Of a stretch of 64,000 nucleotides of DNA, positions 1 to 13,701 are shown piece after piece. The notes under the pieces were generated by a model. That model did not search any database. It was not told the origin of the DNA and was given only the letters and a program-made list of their open reading frames with translations. How positions within the stretch are numbered: position 1 is the first letter of the stretch; each line of letters begins with the position of its first letter. Origin of the DNA: Octopus sinensis (Eukaryota); contig NC_042997.1 of the NCBI RefSeq assembly GCF_006345805.1, positions 108,934,001-108,998,000 of the forward strand, written 5' to 3'. Made by a program: the position numbers and the translations under genes.

Positions 1-720
1 TCCCGAGTTGACATCTGCTCTTCTCTCGATTCTCGCGAACTCATTTCACCCTTTTTGGATAGACTAGTGACTGATGACGAAAAATGGATCTTCTATCGAA
101 ATTTTAAAAGTCGTAAACAGTGGCTTGGTAAAAGGGGAAAAGCTCATCCACAACTGAGAAGGGAACTTCGTGGGAAAAAGGTTCTTCTCTATTTGGTTGG
201 ATTGCAAAGGAGAAATTCACTTTGAATTGTTACCACCTAATGTAACAATCAATGCTCAAGTCTACTGTCAGCAATTTGAGCGTTTGAACCAAGCTTTGAA
301 AAGAAAAAGACCCGCTTTAGTGAATCGAAAAGGAGTGATGTTTCATCAGGACAATGCGCGACTCCACACTGCAAAGATCACATCACAGAAGATCGAAGAG
401 ATTGGTTGGGAAAAAATTCATCATCCACCATATTCTCCCGACCTTGCTCCTTCAGACTACCATTTGTTTCGTAGTTTACAGAATCATCTGTGGACATAAC
501 TTTCGCAAGCCAGGAGGAGGTGAAAACTGACATTTCAGAGTGCTTCGCTTTGAAACCAAAAGAGTGTTACATTGATGGGATTAAAAAGCTTGTAAATAGA
601 TGGAAGGAAGTCATAGATAATCAGGGAAAGTAAATTGATGATTAAATTCCTATTAAATATAACATTTGATCACTTGTTTTCTTTATTCAAAATTCGGACA
701 GAACTTATGGGATGACCTGA
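1..720 (+). mobile_element. mariner (DD34D) transposon, 3' part; transposase pseudogene plus right TIR
   Basis: Motifs LVTDDEKWIFY (~61-96), HQDNARLH and HPPYSPDLAPSDYHLF are present, with frameshifts and stops. The element ends in the mariner-type TIR ...GGACAGAACTTATGGGATGACCTGA followed by TA at 721-722. Confidence 0.9.
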
Positions 721-745
721 TATATAGATATATATATATATATAT

Positions 746-949
746 TACTCTCTTACTCTTTTACTTGTTTCAGTCATTCGACTGCGGCCATACAGGAACA
801 CCACCTTTAGTTGAGCAAATCGATCCCAGGACTTATTCTTTGTAAGCCGGTATTTTTTGCCGAACCGCAAGGTGCCACGTAGTGGGACTGCATCCGGAAC
901 CATGTGGTTGGTAAGCAAGCTACTTGCCATACAGCCACACCTGCGCCTA
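746..949 (-). mobile_element. tRNA-derived SINE family A, internally deleted copy
   Basis: Minus strand reads GGCGCAGGTGTGGCTGTATGGCAAGTAGCTTGCTTACCAACCACATGGTTCCGG (tRNA-like head). The tail matches the copies at 3145-3567 and 30398-30802. Confidence 0.8.
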
Positions 950-1012
950 TATATATATATATAATTTATATTACTATTATTTAATTGAACTCCACGCACC
1001 CATTTCCAAATA

Positions 1013-1140
1013 AGTGAAACTCTGAGTAACAGCTCCTATGTTATATTCCTGCTGCTTTTAAATAAAGCATATTACTCTACCTCTGGTATTTCAGTACTCT
1101 TTTTTCCACCTTGTTTCACATTTATGTGCTTCCTCCGGTA
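1013..1140 (+). mobile_element. short interspersed repeat (Penelope pLTR-like tail) beginning with the 3' half of a hammerhead motif
   Basis: Similar to the reverse complement of 53910-54034. It starts GTGAAACTCTGAGTAACAG and ends in (TA)n. Confidence 0.55.
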
Positions 1141-1174
1141 TATATATATATATATATAGGTATCTGTGTGTATG

Positions 1175-1233
<59 letters not shown>

Positions 1234-2810
1234 ACAGGTATGTATGTGTGTCTGTGAGTGAGTGTCTGTATTTGTGTTTTCAAAAATTTCAATTGGTAGT
1301 ATCGTTAGAGCATTGGGTAATATAATTTTGGGTATTTAGTTAGAGTCCTTTACGTTCTGCGTTCGAATCTCACCGATGTCGACCTTGCTTTTCATCGTTC
1401 CACGGTCGATTAGCAAAAGTAGTATTGAAGTCCCGGGGCTAATTATTTGTCTCTGTCCTTTCCCACACGCTGTGACCCTGCGCACGCTTTGAAATCAACA
1501 CCAGTAAGTCAATCAATAGCCAAGTCAATTGAAAGCCCCGCTGCTTGTTTTACATAATCCACTTCGTTATCCCAAATTTATGAGTTCAATCCTCATCATG
1601 CTTGATTTGTCTTTCATTCAGTTGTTGTTGCGGAGAACATAAAACTCTATTGTAAATCGTTAGACAGCATCAATCAACAATAATTCTTTATGTAAAGGAC
1701 ACAAGCTTCATTTGACGCCACGCCCTACTCGTGACTGCCTGCTTGAATGAATATCTAAATTATGTATAGTCTACAGGATATGGACTGAATGACTCCAGCG
1801 GTTGTACAAAAAATTAGACCCTGTACACCTCACCGAAATAAGCCCTAAAGATCGTGGTTTCTTGACTCGTGAATAATGAGCAGTTCGATTTGAAATCCAA
1901 TTCTTGTTGCACAGTAATGTTGTCACCCGCGTCACTTCCGGTATAATTCAGTCACATATTTTATCAACAGTTTTTTGTCAGAAATATCAAGTTGAAGATT
2001 GTCGAGATTCGAAATCGTAGCTTGAATGTACGTATGTAAACGCTCTAAGTCCATCCATGACATTCCCACCGAACTGAATGAAATATTAAAGCTCTTCATT
2101 TTCAGAAAAGCGATTTAGAGGAATGAATCAACGCAAGAATATGTTTTGGAGATATTTTACCGATTCCATAGAGAAAAATGCAAATATTCAGCCCGGAGTT
2201 ATTTCAACTGAAAACGTAGTGAAACGAACCTCAATACTGTTAGATGTTTAGTCCAACAATGTTCCAACCACGACAACCACCACCACCGCCACTACTCCCC
2301 TTAAATATGGTAATAAAAATAATACCATTAGCCGTGATATCATCGTTTGTTAAGAAAATCAGCTGATTTTATCATAATTAATTAAATGTAATCGAGGACA
2401 TTTAGCCCGATTAAGATCGTTTCTGCTGCACATTGTTATAATTAGATCAAAGATGATCAACGATAAAGATTAATATCTTCCACATTTGTCTGTGGAACCA
2501 AGAATTCGCCATTTACTGTATTCCAGTACATAGTGACAAAACAGGAATCAGTGGGAAATGTTTACCATTTTAATTTCTCCTTCTTTATCTGTCTGTCTGT
2601 TAGTCTCTCTTCCCCCCACTCTCTCCTCCTTTTCCCGTCGCCCCTCTTCTGCAACTACTCAGTTCAAAGATGGTTGAAACTAGTAGTTTCGCTCATGCGT
2701 TAAGAAGAATCTCTCCCAATATTCAATTCTGTGTTTTAATAAAACAGTAAATATTCTTATTTGGTTTCCTTCAGACTTCATTTTGTTGTGTATATGTGTG
2801 ACTGAAAGAG

Positions 2811-2875
<65 letters not shown>

Positions 2876-3144
2876 GCGCATCAGTGATAATGCATATAGC
2901 GTAGCAATCACTCGCAAGCGAGGAGAATCTGGTACGTTCCTTCATACTTTCGCTGGTTGTTTTCGCTTCGTATGTAGTTCCGAGTAGACTTAGACACACT
3001 CTTGGCCCTTCCACTCTTAACAACACGGAACATTGAAAATGGGACAGCAAAATGCAACATGAAAGTTTCGATACAGATCAGCTTCATCACAATATGATTA
3101 CATTACTTTATACCAGTTATATGCCATACACACATGTGTGTGTA

Positions 3145-3567
3145 TACTCTTTACTCTCTCTTTTACTCTTTTACTTGTTTCAGTCATTTGACTGCGGCCA
3201 TGCTCGAGCACCGCCTTTAATCGAGCAACTCGACCCCGGGACTTATTCTTTTGTAAGCCCAGTACTTATTCTATAGGTCTCTTTTGCCGAACCGCTAAGT
3301 GACGGGAACATAAACACACCAGCATCGGTTGTCAAGTAATGCTAGGGGGACAGACACAGACACACAAACACACACTCGCATATATATATATATATACACA
3401 TATATATACGGCGGGCTTCTTTCAGTTTCCATCTACCAAATCCACTCACAAGGCATTGGTCGGCCCGAGGCTATAGTAGAAGACACTTGCCCAAGGTGCC
3501 ACGCAGTGGGACTGAACCCGGAGCCATGTAGTTGGTGAGCAAGCTACTTACCACACAGCCACTCCTG
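3145..3567 (-). mobile_element. tRNA-derived SINE family A, near full length
   Basis: tRNA-like head with A/B-box-like motifs at ~3500-3567 (minus), an internal (TA)/(CA) tract and a GAGTAAA-type repeat tail. Highly similar to 30398-30802. Confidence 0.85.
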
Positions 3568-3596
3568 TATGTATGTATATATATATAATGAAATAT

Positions 3597-4211
3597 ATAA
3601 CATACGACGGGTAATTCCCGGCTCATTACAGCTGTTTCTTACGCATCTTTTTAATAGAAGAATGAGAATATTACTCCATCACAAAAACCGTAACCATCAG
3701 ATGAAACGAGGCCAAAAATGAAATGGGAGACTAACCAGCAAAGTTGGCCGTTGGGGTTAAGAATATAGTTTGTGAAAGGGTGTAAGTATGATATATAAGG
3801 TCAGCAACCCGGGTAAGATAGGAGTCTATTAGGCTGGGGGTGGGGTGTAGGTGATATTTCACTATAGTAGGCTTAGAGCAGTGGGGTGCTGGGAGAGGGC
3901 CTAAGATAAATTAAGGATAAAGAATGAATAAAGAAAGCAAAGGTAAGGATGACGAAAAATATTCCATCCGTCCACAAACTATATTCTTCACCTCAACAGC
4001 CAACTTTGTTGGTTATTCCCCCATTTCATAGTTGGCCTCGACAGACTTCAGCCACGCTCCTGCTGTTTTCTTGGGATATTCTTTTATTTGTAAGACTACG
4101 TTTTATCTGATGATTATGGTTTTTGGTAATGGAGTTATGTTCTTATTCTTCTATTAAAGCGTTATGTAAGAAACAGCTGTGATCAGCTGATAATTATCCA
4201 TCGTATGTTAT
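3597..4211. mobile_element. old foldback/MITE-like element with ~180-bp imperfect terminal inverted repeats
   Basis: 3597-~3780 is the diverged reverse complement of ~3965-4211 (ATAACATACGACGGGTAATT / AATTATCCATCGTATGTTAT). The right arm has an ~60-bp insertion. Confidence 0.6.
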
Positions 4212-4699
4212 TCATTCATTTGATTATAAAACACCAAGGGGATTTGCGACTTGTCGGACAACCCAGGGTGTACCAACAATGACCATTTCAATGTAAGGCG
4301 TGGTTTGGACCAGTCCTTAAGTGCTAAATACTTATTCATTTAATCGCTTCTCCATTCTGAAATGTCTACCATGCTCGTTAATTCAAAGTTCATATTTTCA
4401 TTTTCTTTCACGCGCTGGTCCGAAAATATCTGCCACTTCATCGAAGGGTTAATAAACTTACACATTATACGCAGCTGATTATTGTATAGCTTATAATGGG
4501 TTCTCTGTCATGTGTGTGTCTTGTTTTTAGTTGGTGAGTCGGGAGGAAGGTTTAAAACCCATAACTCTTGCAAGTCTTCTGAGACTTGTGCGTTTGATGA
4601 ATTAATTGGTGAGATTGAGGAGATTAATGTTCCGTTTAAAGTGTTGCAAGACATCAACATGAGGGAGATTCTGAAGTATCAAATCTCTGGGGATGCAGG

Positions 4700-5560
4700 A
4701 GTGAGATTTTAGTGCTTCGTATGGAGAAAGTGGAAATTGTAGTTGGGTACCGCAAGGGTACTGAGACGAGCAGGATGGGCGTACCTTAGCGATGGAGTTA
4801 CGAGGCCACTCAGCCCCATGTAGTTAGGGCAATTATGGTAGTGACAGTACAGGGAGAGAGAGAGAGAGAGAGAGAGAAAGGAAGAGAGAGAGAGGGTGAT
4901 GGAACAGCACGCCAGTGGGTCAGAGGCTGGAGTAGGTACATTAGCGACGGAGTACCAATCATTAGGTACATTTGTGATGGTGTTGCCCTTCTCTGGATGC
5001 CATTTTAGTGTGGGCAGCAGCAGCAGCATCCATTATGTGACAACATCACTTCATTGTGGGCCTCACCAAGGCTTGTAGAGTGTCAACCGCTGCTGGAGGC
5101 CGAGATACCTTCTGCGCCTAAATAGAAGGATTATTCTTTGGGATGCGAGCTTAGCTATGCTAATGATACACTTTCACCAAGGGACACTGTCAGAGGTATT
5201 GAGGATCAGCTATAAAGTAATTGTGGGGCTCTAGATGAGTGTCATTAATGATTAGGGGTCGTCTGGTGCAATAGTATTTTATTGATATATATATAATTAT
5301 TGGGTTTCCTTGTTGGTAAAAGACATAAGAGAGACACGGGGGCACTGGGGAATTCCTCTCAAGGTCCCTGTTAATGAAATTCATGTAGGTTAGTCGTGTG
5401 ATGTCTTGGTTAGATGCCGATAATAGAAGGTCTGGGAACTTGAAGGAGATATGAAGGACCGTATCACCTGCATAAAAGTGAGCGTTGTTGGATGTGGCGT
5501 CAAACAGGCCATTGTGTGTATGGAAGAGCGTAGGGATCACAACAGAACGCGATTCTGTCG
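4700..5560 (-). pseudogene. degenerate LINE reverse transcriptase fragment (CR1/L2/Jockey-like)
   Basis: Minus-strand reading SVVIPTLFHTHNGL...HFYAGDTVLH corresponds to decayed GSVLxPxLFxxxIND and YADD RT motifs. Confidence 0.55.
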
Positions 5561-5878
5561 TTTGATTGTAAACTCTACTCTCTCTATATTAAGTATATTT
5601 TACTTTGATTTGTCTCTCTATTATCGCAGTCCTTTTATCCATCTCCATTATCTTAGTGCTCCTTCTCGAGGCTCTCCTTCGGACATATTTTTGCTCTCTC
5701 TTTGTCCCCCACTCTCTCTCTTTTTAATTTCTCCCTTTCATTCTTTCTCATTCTCTTTCTCTCACACACGTACACATACACGCCTTTTAATCCCTCTTAC
5801 ATCTTTTCGTGAAATTGCGTGAAATATAAAGAAAAAAAAGGAGAAATACAAGAGAGGAGGAACGACTGAAGCGACAGA

Positions 5879-5931
<53 letters not shown>

Positions 5932-6128
5932 GAGAGAGGGAGATGTCGGTGGGGAAAGAAAAGAATGGGGAATAGTAGGAGACGGAAAGAAAGAACAAAG
6001 CGAATGAAAGGTGAGCATTGAAAGACAGAAATGAGACGGAGAAAAGCGAGGACATCGCATGCGCACAGTTAACCCCAACCAGACACACGCGTGGAATTAC
6101 ATTCATATATACATAACTTACATTAATA

Positions 6129-6172
<44 letters not shown>

Positions 6173-6997
6173 TACACATACATATATTCATACATACACT
6201 CATACATACACATACAAACATAATACATGCATACATACATATATACATACATGCATACACACATAATACATGCATACATGCATATATACATACATTCATA
6301 CATACATACATATATACATACATAAATACATTCTTACATACATACACACATACATACATAACATATATAGAGATAAGCACATGCGAACATAGATATCTAG
6401 TCTTACACTCACATATGCATATACATACGTAAATGCACATAAACTCACAACCACACACACAGACACACACACTCACACACATACACACACACACAGACAT
6501 ATTATATGTATATAGGAATGAATGTAAGAATAGAGGAAAAGACAGCCAGATATAAAGTTATAAATAAGTTGCAACATTTATAATACAATTCTACAGATGT
6601 TGTACGTAAATTATTTGTTTATATTACACACACCTCATTGCTTATTCCATTATTCCTTTTATTCGTTCTCACCTATATTCTTTGATTCGTTTATTCTATT
6701 ATATCAGTTGAAATGCCATCCTTTTTTCCGTGTTTTCGTATTCAATAAAAATCATTTTCAGTGTACAGGTAGACGAGTGTATATTTTGTGTGGCTGTGAT
6801 TTGTGTATAATTGATAAGATATCATCCATAATGCACAGAACCATAGTGAATCCTATGGAGGAATGCCTGATGGTGTCGCTCTCTCTTCTTTATTTTATCG
6901 ATCTCTTAAGATGAGAAGAAAAGATGACTTCGGCAGTTTTTGAACTTAGAATCTAAGTCAACTAAACAGTTGAAAGAATTTGACCGACATTCTATCG

Positions 6998-7042
<45 letters not shown>

Positions 7043-7059
7043 TAATAATAATAATAATC

Positions 7060-7752
7060 GACCGCAGTGCTAAACTGTTACTTCTTTTATCGACTGCGAA
7101 AGGATGAAAGGTCAAGGTTAACTTCGGCGGAATTTGAACTCAGAACATAAAGAACCAAAAGAATTGCCACTAAGCATTTTTTGCGAGGTCATTCTGCCCT
7201 AGAATCACCATAAATGGTTTCGGATTTAGGTACATGACGAACAATTGTGAGGGGAGGTGTTTAAACAAGTTCATCGACTTCACTTCTTCATTGGTTCTTT
7301 ATATTATTGACCCCCAGCAAGAACGAAAGGCAAATAATAATGGTTTCATTGTTATTCTTTTCTACTCTAGGACAAGACCCGGAAATTTTGGGTAGGGGGG
7401 CCAATCGTTTAGATCGACACCAGAACGAAACTGGTATTTAATTTATCGACACCGAAAGTATGAAAGGCAAACTCGACCTCGGCGGAATTTGAACTGATAA
7501 CGTAATGACAGACGAAATACCTATTTCTTTACTACCCACAAGGGGCTAAACACAGAGAAGACAAACAAGGACAGACAAACGGATTAAGTCGATTATATCG
7601 ACCCCAGTGCATAACTGGTACTTATTTAATCGACCCCGACAGGATGAAAGGCAAAGTCGACCTCGGGGGAATTTGAACTCAGAACGTAACGGCAGATGAA
7701 ATACCGCTAAGTATTTCGGCCGGTGTGCTAACGTTTCTGCCAACTCGCTGCC
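7060..7752 (-). mobile_element. cluster of tandem/nested SINE family B copies
   Basis: Repeated core GGATGAAAGGCAAAGTCGACCTCGGCGGAATTTGAACTCAGAAC (~7100, ~7460, ~7645), with a B-box-like GAGTTCAAATTCC on the minus strand. Confidence 0.75.
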
Positions 7753-8302
7753 TTTCGTTCCATTGTTATTACTACACAGAAGAAGAAATGCGAGGAGATT
7801 CAATGTATAAGTTAGAAAACTGAGAGGGTTTAACAGTGAAATAAACGGAGGGAAAGTAAAAGCAAAATGATAGTACCTTATAATAATTCTGCCTGTCATT
7901 GCGTTACTTAGCCCGTCGGTAACGCTTTCACATGATTAGAGAAAAAGAGGGAGAAAGAAAAGGAGGAAGAATGAAAAAGAGGGAGGGAGAAGTGTCTATG
8001 ACGTGAGATAGAGGGAATGTAATTGTAACGCTTTCACATTATTAGCTGAATGGAAAGAGAGAAGAAAGAAAAAGGAGAGAGAAGAAAAGAAGATAAGGCG
8101 AAGAGTGAGAGAAAGAGAGACTGAAAGAAAGAGAAAGAAAAAGAGGGGGAGAGAAGCGTCCATGACGCGAGGAAGGGGGAACGTTTCTGCCAATGTAATA
8201 TTTATGACTTGGTTAAAAAAGTTAGTTGAAGGTAGAGGAGGAGAGTTAAACATATAATTTTAGCAGAGGGGTGGGTTCTGATGGTGTGGGTAAAGAAAGG
8301 CA

Positions 8303-8342
<40 letters not shown>

Positions 8343-9019
8343 TATGAGAGAGAGAGATAGAGATAGAGAGGGGGATGACGATGGTGATTGGATAGTGAAA
8401 AGTGTATTTTTTAAAAACTGAGCTGAGTTTTTTTTATATCTCCTATCACTAAACGCATACGCTTGGGTTCAATTACACGAAAGATAAACGCTTATGTCAG
8501 ACAGAAAAATAAGTGTGAATATTTATTTTATGAGTGTCGTGTATTAAGTCTATAAAATTGCGCATAAATTATATAAATTGTATAGATAAAGTTCATTAAG
8601 TAATCATTGTATTCCAATTTCCTTCAATGTTCAATGAGTAGCAGATGAGCGACTATCTTTTGATACAGACGCAACACAAGTTATGCTTTCAGGTTTTTTG
8701 GATGAAATTTTCACCATTAATTCCGTGAATACGGGTTCCGCTAGTCTGTGGTATAATTATATAGTCAGTGTGAAAGAAGACTGACACTTCAAGAAACACA
8801 CTGATGCTACCTTATTTCGACTACCTCATCCAGCTGACATGTGATGTGAGTACCATGCATTCAGAACATGCTCATAATTTTCACCTGTCTTTTAACATCT
8901 TCTGGTGTGCAGTATTTTCCTCTTCACGTAAACCCACATCGCCAAGTGGAACTTGAAAAACGCCGATGAAGGCCTGAGTAGAAAAGAAAGCGTGTGTCAT
9001 TAGTCTTTACTATCGTTAT

Positions 9020-9442
9020 CACTTGAAAAGGAAAGTGAGAGTAGAGAGCTAAGTTTTGTCTAGCGAATGTTTAAAAAAAAGATGGGTGAATGTAGCAAGG
9101 ATGGCACGTATGAATGACGAAGCCACCTTGAGCATAATCCTATGAACCCGGAAAATTTATAACAGAAGGTTACCTACTTGCAAACAAATGTGGTAACATG
9201 TAGCATTATTGACCGAGGTTGCCGTGGTCTTTTCTGTAGGCTTTTCTTTCCACGGATAAACCTTATCTGCTTCCCCCTTTACACTGTGATACACGATCCC
9301 TATTGATCGTTTCTTTGTTTTTCTTTTCTTCTTTCCTTTTACGATCCCTTTTGATCGAAAACCTACTCCACTTTTTTTCTCTCCCCCGAAAAGAAAAGCT
9401 CTACTTTGTAATCTGTCCCTGTGTGGCTAATAATAAAACATA
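9020..9442 (+). mobile_element. 3' end of a Tx1/L1-clade-like LINE (ORF2 C-terminus remnant plus 3' UTR)
   Basis: Decayed reading HLKRKVRVE...FKKRWVNVARMARMNDEATLSIIL*, then a pyrimidine-rich UTR ending CCCTGTGTGGCTAATAATAAAACATA. Clade assignment is inferred from recalled resemblance and from the Tx1-like fragment at 60.4-61.1 kb. Confidence 0.45.
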
Positions 9443-10397
9443 TCGTTTTAGTCACTCAACTTCTTTTGTCAAAACTCAGCAGGCAATTTAAAAACTGTTT
9501 GCCCTTCTAGGCCAAAAGAAAGTGGCGGAAATATTTAGCCGGACCCAATCAATACGCTGCAGCAGATCCCCGAAAAAAATCGACAAATAATTCCTTGATA
9601 CTGAGCGAAAGTGCTCAGAATGGTTTCGCTATTCGGTATGTTTGTCAGACAGCACCAGTTCACTGAACTTCTAGAACTAGACAGAGTTTTCTTAACAGGA
9701 AATTCTCCTGGGCCGCATTGCAAGGCCGAAGATCCTCTGGTGTGAGTTGGTTCTCGCCGATGACAACTTTCCCACGAATCCTTTATAAAATGCTGACGCG
9801 GAATTTTACCGGTTGTATTACCTGATCCGCAGAGGGATGTGAGTCCCTGACAAAATTCCAGACACCAGGTGATAAGTTTCCGTTTTACACTGAATTACAG
9901 TTGCATGGAAGAGAGATGCATTAGAAGGTTAAAAGCAATGTGCTCTAGAATTGGTACAAAACCTTATGTTATTGGCACTTGTTGCAGTGGATTAGACTGA
10001 AGTCAGCACCTAATTAGCGCTTTCTTTTATCAACCCAGAAGCATGGGAGCCAAAGCGGAACTTCGTGGGGATCGATCTCACAATATAAGAGATTTATCTA
10101 AAATCACACGAGGCATTCAGTCCAATGATCTACTAGTTATATTGTATCCAGTCAACCCCAGGACCTCGTTAATACTAATTTCATTGATCCCTGGAGTGAA
10201 CAGTCGGCCTGGATGGGAATCTCCGGAATGAACAGTCGGCCTGGGTGAGAATCGAAGCCCGATTGTAAAGAGAAGTAATTAACTACTAATTCTGCCATAT
10301 AATCCCCCTCGTTATGTTCAATATAGTAATCGATCAACCACTTGCATTGTGTTGTTTGTTGTAATCGATCTTTTATCGATATTTTATGTGTTTAAAC

Positions 10398-10600
10398 GTG
10401 GTCAGCTGGCAGATTCGGTAGCATGCCGGACAAAATGCTAAGTGGAATTTCGTCCGTTTTTTCGTTCTGAGTTCAAATACCGCCGAGATCTGCGGAGTTA
10501 ATGAAATAAGCACCAGTTGTACAATGGGGTCGATGTAATCAACTTAAACCCCAACCCCACCTCCAAAATTGCTGGTCTTGTGCCAAAATTTGAAATCAAC
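10398..10600 (+). mobile_element. SINE family B copy
   Basis: GGTCAGCTGGCAGATTCGGTAGCA head, GTTCTGAGTTCAAATACCGCCGAG B-box region and GGGGTCGATGTAATC core. Matches 61288-61512. Confidence 0.7.
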
Positions 10601-11276
10601 ATTTCATGTGATTCCTAGTATGTGCGCATGCGTACGTGTGTATAAATAATCGCAAATACACACGCACACACACACATTTATGTAGCCTTTTCTCTCTCTC
10701 TCTCTCTTTTTCGCTTCCCTCCCTCTCTCACTCTCTATACTTCTTCTCCCCTCCGTCTCACTCTCTCTCCCTTCTCCCCATCCTCTCTACACAGTCTCCC
10801 ACCTTCTCTTCCTCTCTCATTTGCTTAATTATTTCGCTATTTGTGATTGTCTTTATCGTTCTCATCTCTACATTATAAATAAAGTCTATATATTAACACA
10901 GGTATGGCATTACTCGCTGCACACACACGTATATACGTCTAGATTCATATACACACGTGTGTGTGTGTGTGTGTGTCTATACGCTTGAATGTAAGCGCGC
11001 ATAATGTCTAGATTGTAGACGTGCATGATGTGCATAAGGACAGCATCTACCAGACACACACGCACGCAATACGTACACATTATCGATTAGTGCACTTAGC
11101 GTTACTACTACTACTACTACTACTACCATCATAACTGCAACAGGAACTACAGCAACAACAACAACAGCTACTGCTACTACTACTCTTACCGCCACCATTA
11201 TTACTACTATTGCTATGCATATAGGCATTGATTAAAACGAAGCAAAAATGTTATCTTTGGCAAATAGAGAGAAGAT

Positions 11277-11320
<44 letters not shown>

Positions 11321-11546
11321 AAAGAGAAGGGGAGAGAAGAAGAGAAAAAGAGAGAGAGGGAGAGAGAGAGAGAACATAAAAAGATAAAGCGATATGAAGT
11401 TGTCGACATTGTCTCGTGGAACCAGTTTCTGACTGCAAGTGTGAAATATTTCTGTGTGTTGCAGATAAAGGCCAATCCAATTATAATTGTATGGTAAAGT
11501 AATCAAACTGCTTTCACACGTTGCTGTTACAATTAATTGTCTCCAA

Positions 11547-11599
<53 letters not shown>

Positions 11600-11849
11600 T
11601 ATATATATGTATATATATTTTACATATACATTATACATTCACCACTGAATTTGAAACACTGTGGCTGTGACATCTCTGTTGTTATACAGAATGATTCGAG
11701 AAACAGCCGTGTGGGTAAAGTCTTGTATTCAATGGTAGCGTCAGTGGTTCGCATTGCATCACAGTACTGTCAGTTATGAGTCTTGAGATAAATTAGGCCG
11801 AAGATTGTCCTGGTTTCAATGGCTTAGATGTGACTGAGGTTAGAGCATT

Positions 11850-12040
11850 TCCCTTTAACGGGAGTGTCGCAGGGTTAATTTCGCAGCTGTTGCGGGAACC
11901 TATTTACAGCTGAGTGGACTGGGCCAATGTGAAGAAACTGCATTGGTCAAGAAAACGACGTACCTCCCGGTCTGAGAAACGAAAAGACGATTTATGACGA
12001 ATGCAACACCCCAACTTCTAGGTCAGGCACTTACACGTGG
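11850..12040 (-). mobile_element. degraded SINE family C copy
   Basis: TTTACAGCTGAGTGGACTGGGCCAATGTGAA is the reverse complement of the TTCACGTTGCTCCAGTCCACTCAGCTG core seen at ~54400 and ~55960. Confidence 0.5.
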
Positions 12041-12459
12041 GTTTGAGGACTGAAAAAGATTTTTTCATTCGGTCTTTTATTTTAGCAAACTGACAACATA
12101 AAACGACAGCAATTATCCACTAGGCATACTACTTTATTTTGATTTCATAAATATTCTGAGTTACCTCCCTTGTTTTCTTTTACCAGAGTTAATCTTTCAG
12201 TTTATTCCTTTAGTTTCTGTCATTTTCCAAAATTCCTAAACTGGTAAATGCGTGTATTGCACGAGATATATCAGATGAAATTAATATGTTAAAAGACCAT
12301 AAAAGGACGCGGTATATTGTGACCCCTCCCCCCAAAACATTAATATGCGATCAAACGCTAGAAATCTTCTCTTCTTGCCATAAAACAACAACAAAAATAC
12401 AAAACAAAACAAAAAGACACCGCTTTGTGCAACAAAAGCAGTATTATCATAGATTAAAA

Positions 12460-13672
12460 TGGTTAACACGAAAACGCAAATTAACTGCATCAATGTGATA
12501 AGTCTGTTCACCAAAGTCCCAACTGGTGAAGCACTACCGGTGATTCAAGAAAAACTAGTGACAGAGAACCATCTAAAAGAACGCAAGGAGCTAGATGGAA
12601 ATGTTGACCTTCTGCGTAGAAACTACTTACTTCAGTATGGACACTGACATATATATCGACAAAAGAGGGTTTGGCTATGGGTTCGCCATTATCACTGATA
12701 ATAGCTAATATATACATGGAATAGTTTGAGAATTTGGCTTTAGCATCAAAACCTCTAAAACCAACCCTATGGCTGCGATATGTTGCTGACACCTTCATAC
12801 TCTGGCCCCACCAGATCGTGCTGTTAGATCATGTGAACTCAATAAAGCCATCCATACAGTTCACAATGGAAAAGAAAAAGACAATCAGCTGACATTTCTG
12901 GACGTATTAATAACACGCACCAAGCTTGGATTCAGGACATCCGTATACCGCAAGCCGACCTTCACTGGAGGATACCTCAACTTCAAATCCCACCAACCAT
13001 ACAGTGTAAAAAAAATGGATTGCTCAGTGCTTAAAACATCGAGCAATGAATATACGTAGAAATCGTAGTACCCACCACGAAGAAATGACCAAGCTCAGTA
13101 ACAATCTATTAAGCAGCATCTACCCCAAAACATACTCTCCACTCAAATTATGAAGAAAAGTGAAGATAAAACCGATAAACTGTCCACAGTCTGTCTACCC
13201 CTATATGAAAAGCCTCTCCGAAAAGATACGAAAGATATGTGGCCCATATGACATCAGGACAGTATTCAAAAGTATTACAACACTTCGCAAATATCTCCTT
13301 GGAGTAAAACCACCAATAGATGAGAATATGACCAAGAACTGCGTGTACTCCATCCCATGCAGTTGTGGTAGGTTATACAAAGGCGAAACATGCCATCCCC
13401 TCAAAATAAGGGTAGAGGAACATCGCAAAGCTGTGACATGGGGAGATATTGATAAATTGGGTATAGCTGATCATGTATGGAAAAATGGAGACCACCTCCC
13501 TCTGTGGGATGAAGTTAAAATAATAGACAGAGAACACCACTGGAAAATACGAAAACTAAAAGAAGCAGCACATATGGTAGGACACAACAACCTCCTAAGC
13601 AGACCGAGTGCAGATATGAATAGCATATGGGAACCGGTAATAAGGAAGGATAAGAGAATATTAGATTTATAA
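12460..13672 (+). pseudogene. Penelope-like element (PLE) RT + GIY-YIG endonuclease, disrupted
   Basis: PLE RT motifs INVISLFTKVP, GLAMGSPLSLIIANIYME, WLRYVADTF, LTFLDVLITR and TSVYRKPTFTG occur across frameshifts. The C-terminal ORF 13160-13672 has CVYSIPCSCGRLYKGET...RVEEH...RKLKEAAH (GIY-YIG). Confidence 0.9.
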
Positions 13673-13701
13673 GCCCTAAAATTCACTTCATAATTGCCCA
13701 C

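Noticed and set aside
5762-6500. Long ORFs rich in CV/YI/HT/LS (also 15.2-16.3, 21.7-28, 33, 36, 51, 55 and 59.5 kb)
   Set aside because: These are translations of (CA)n, (TA)n, (TATC)n and (TACA)n microsatellites that lack stop codons.
8960-9005. CCGATGAAGG...GAAAG hammerhead-like string
   Set aside because: The core is broken and stems II and III do not pair.
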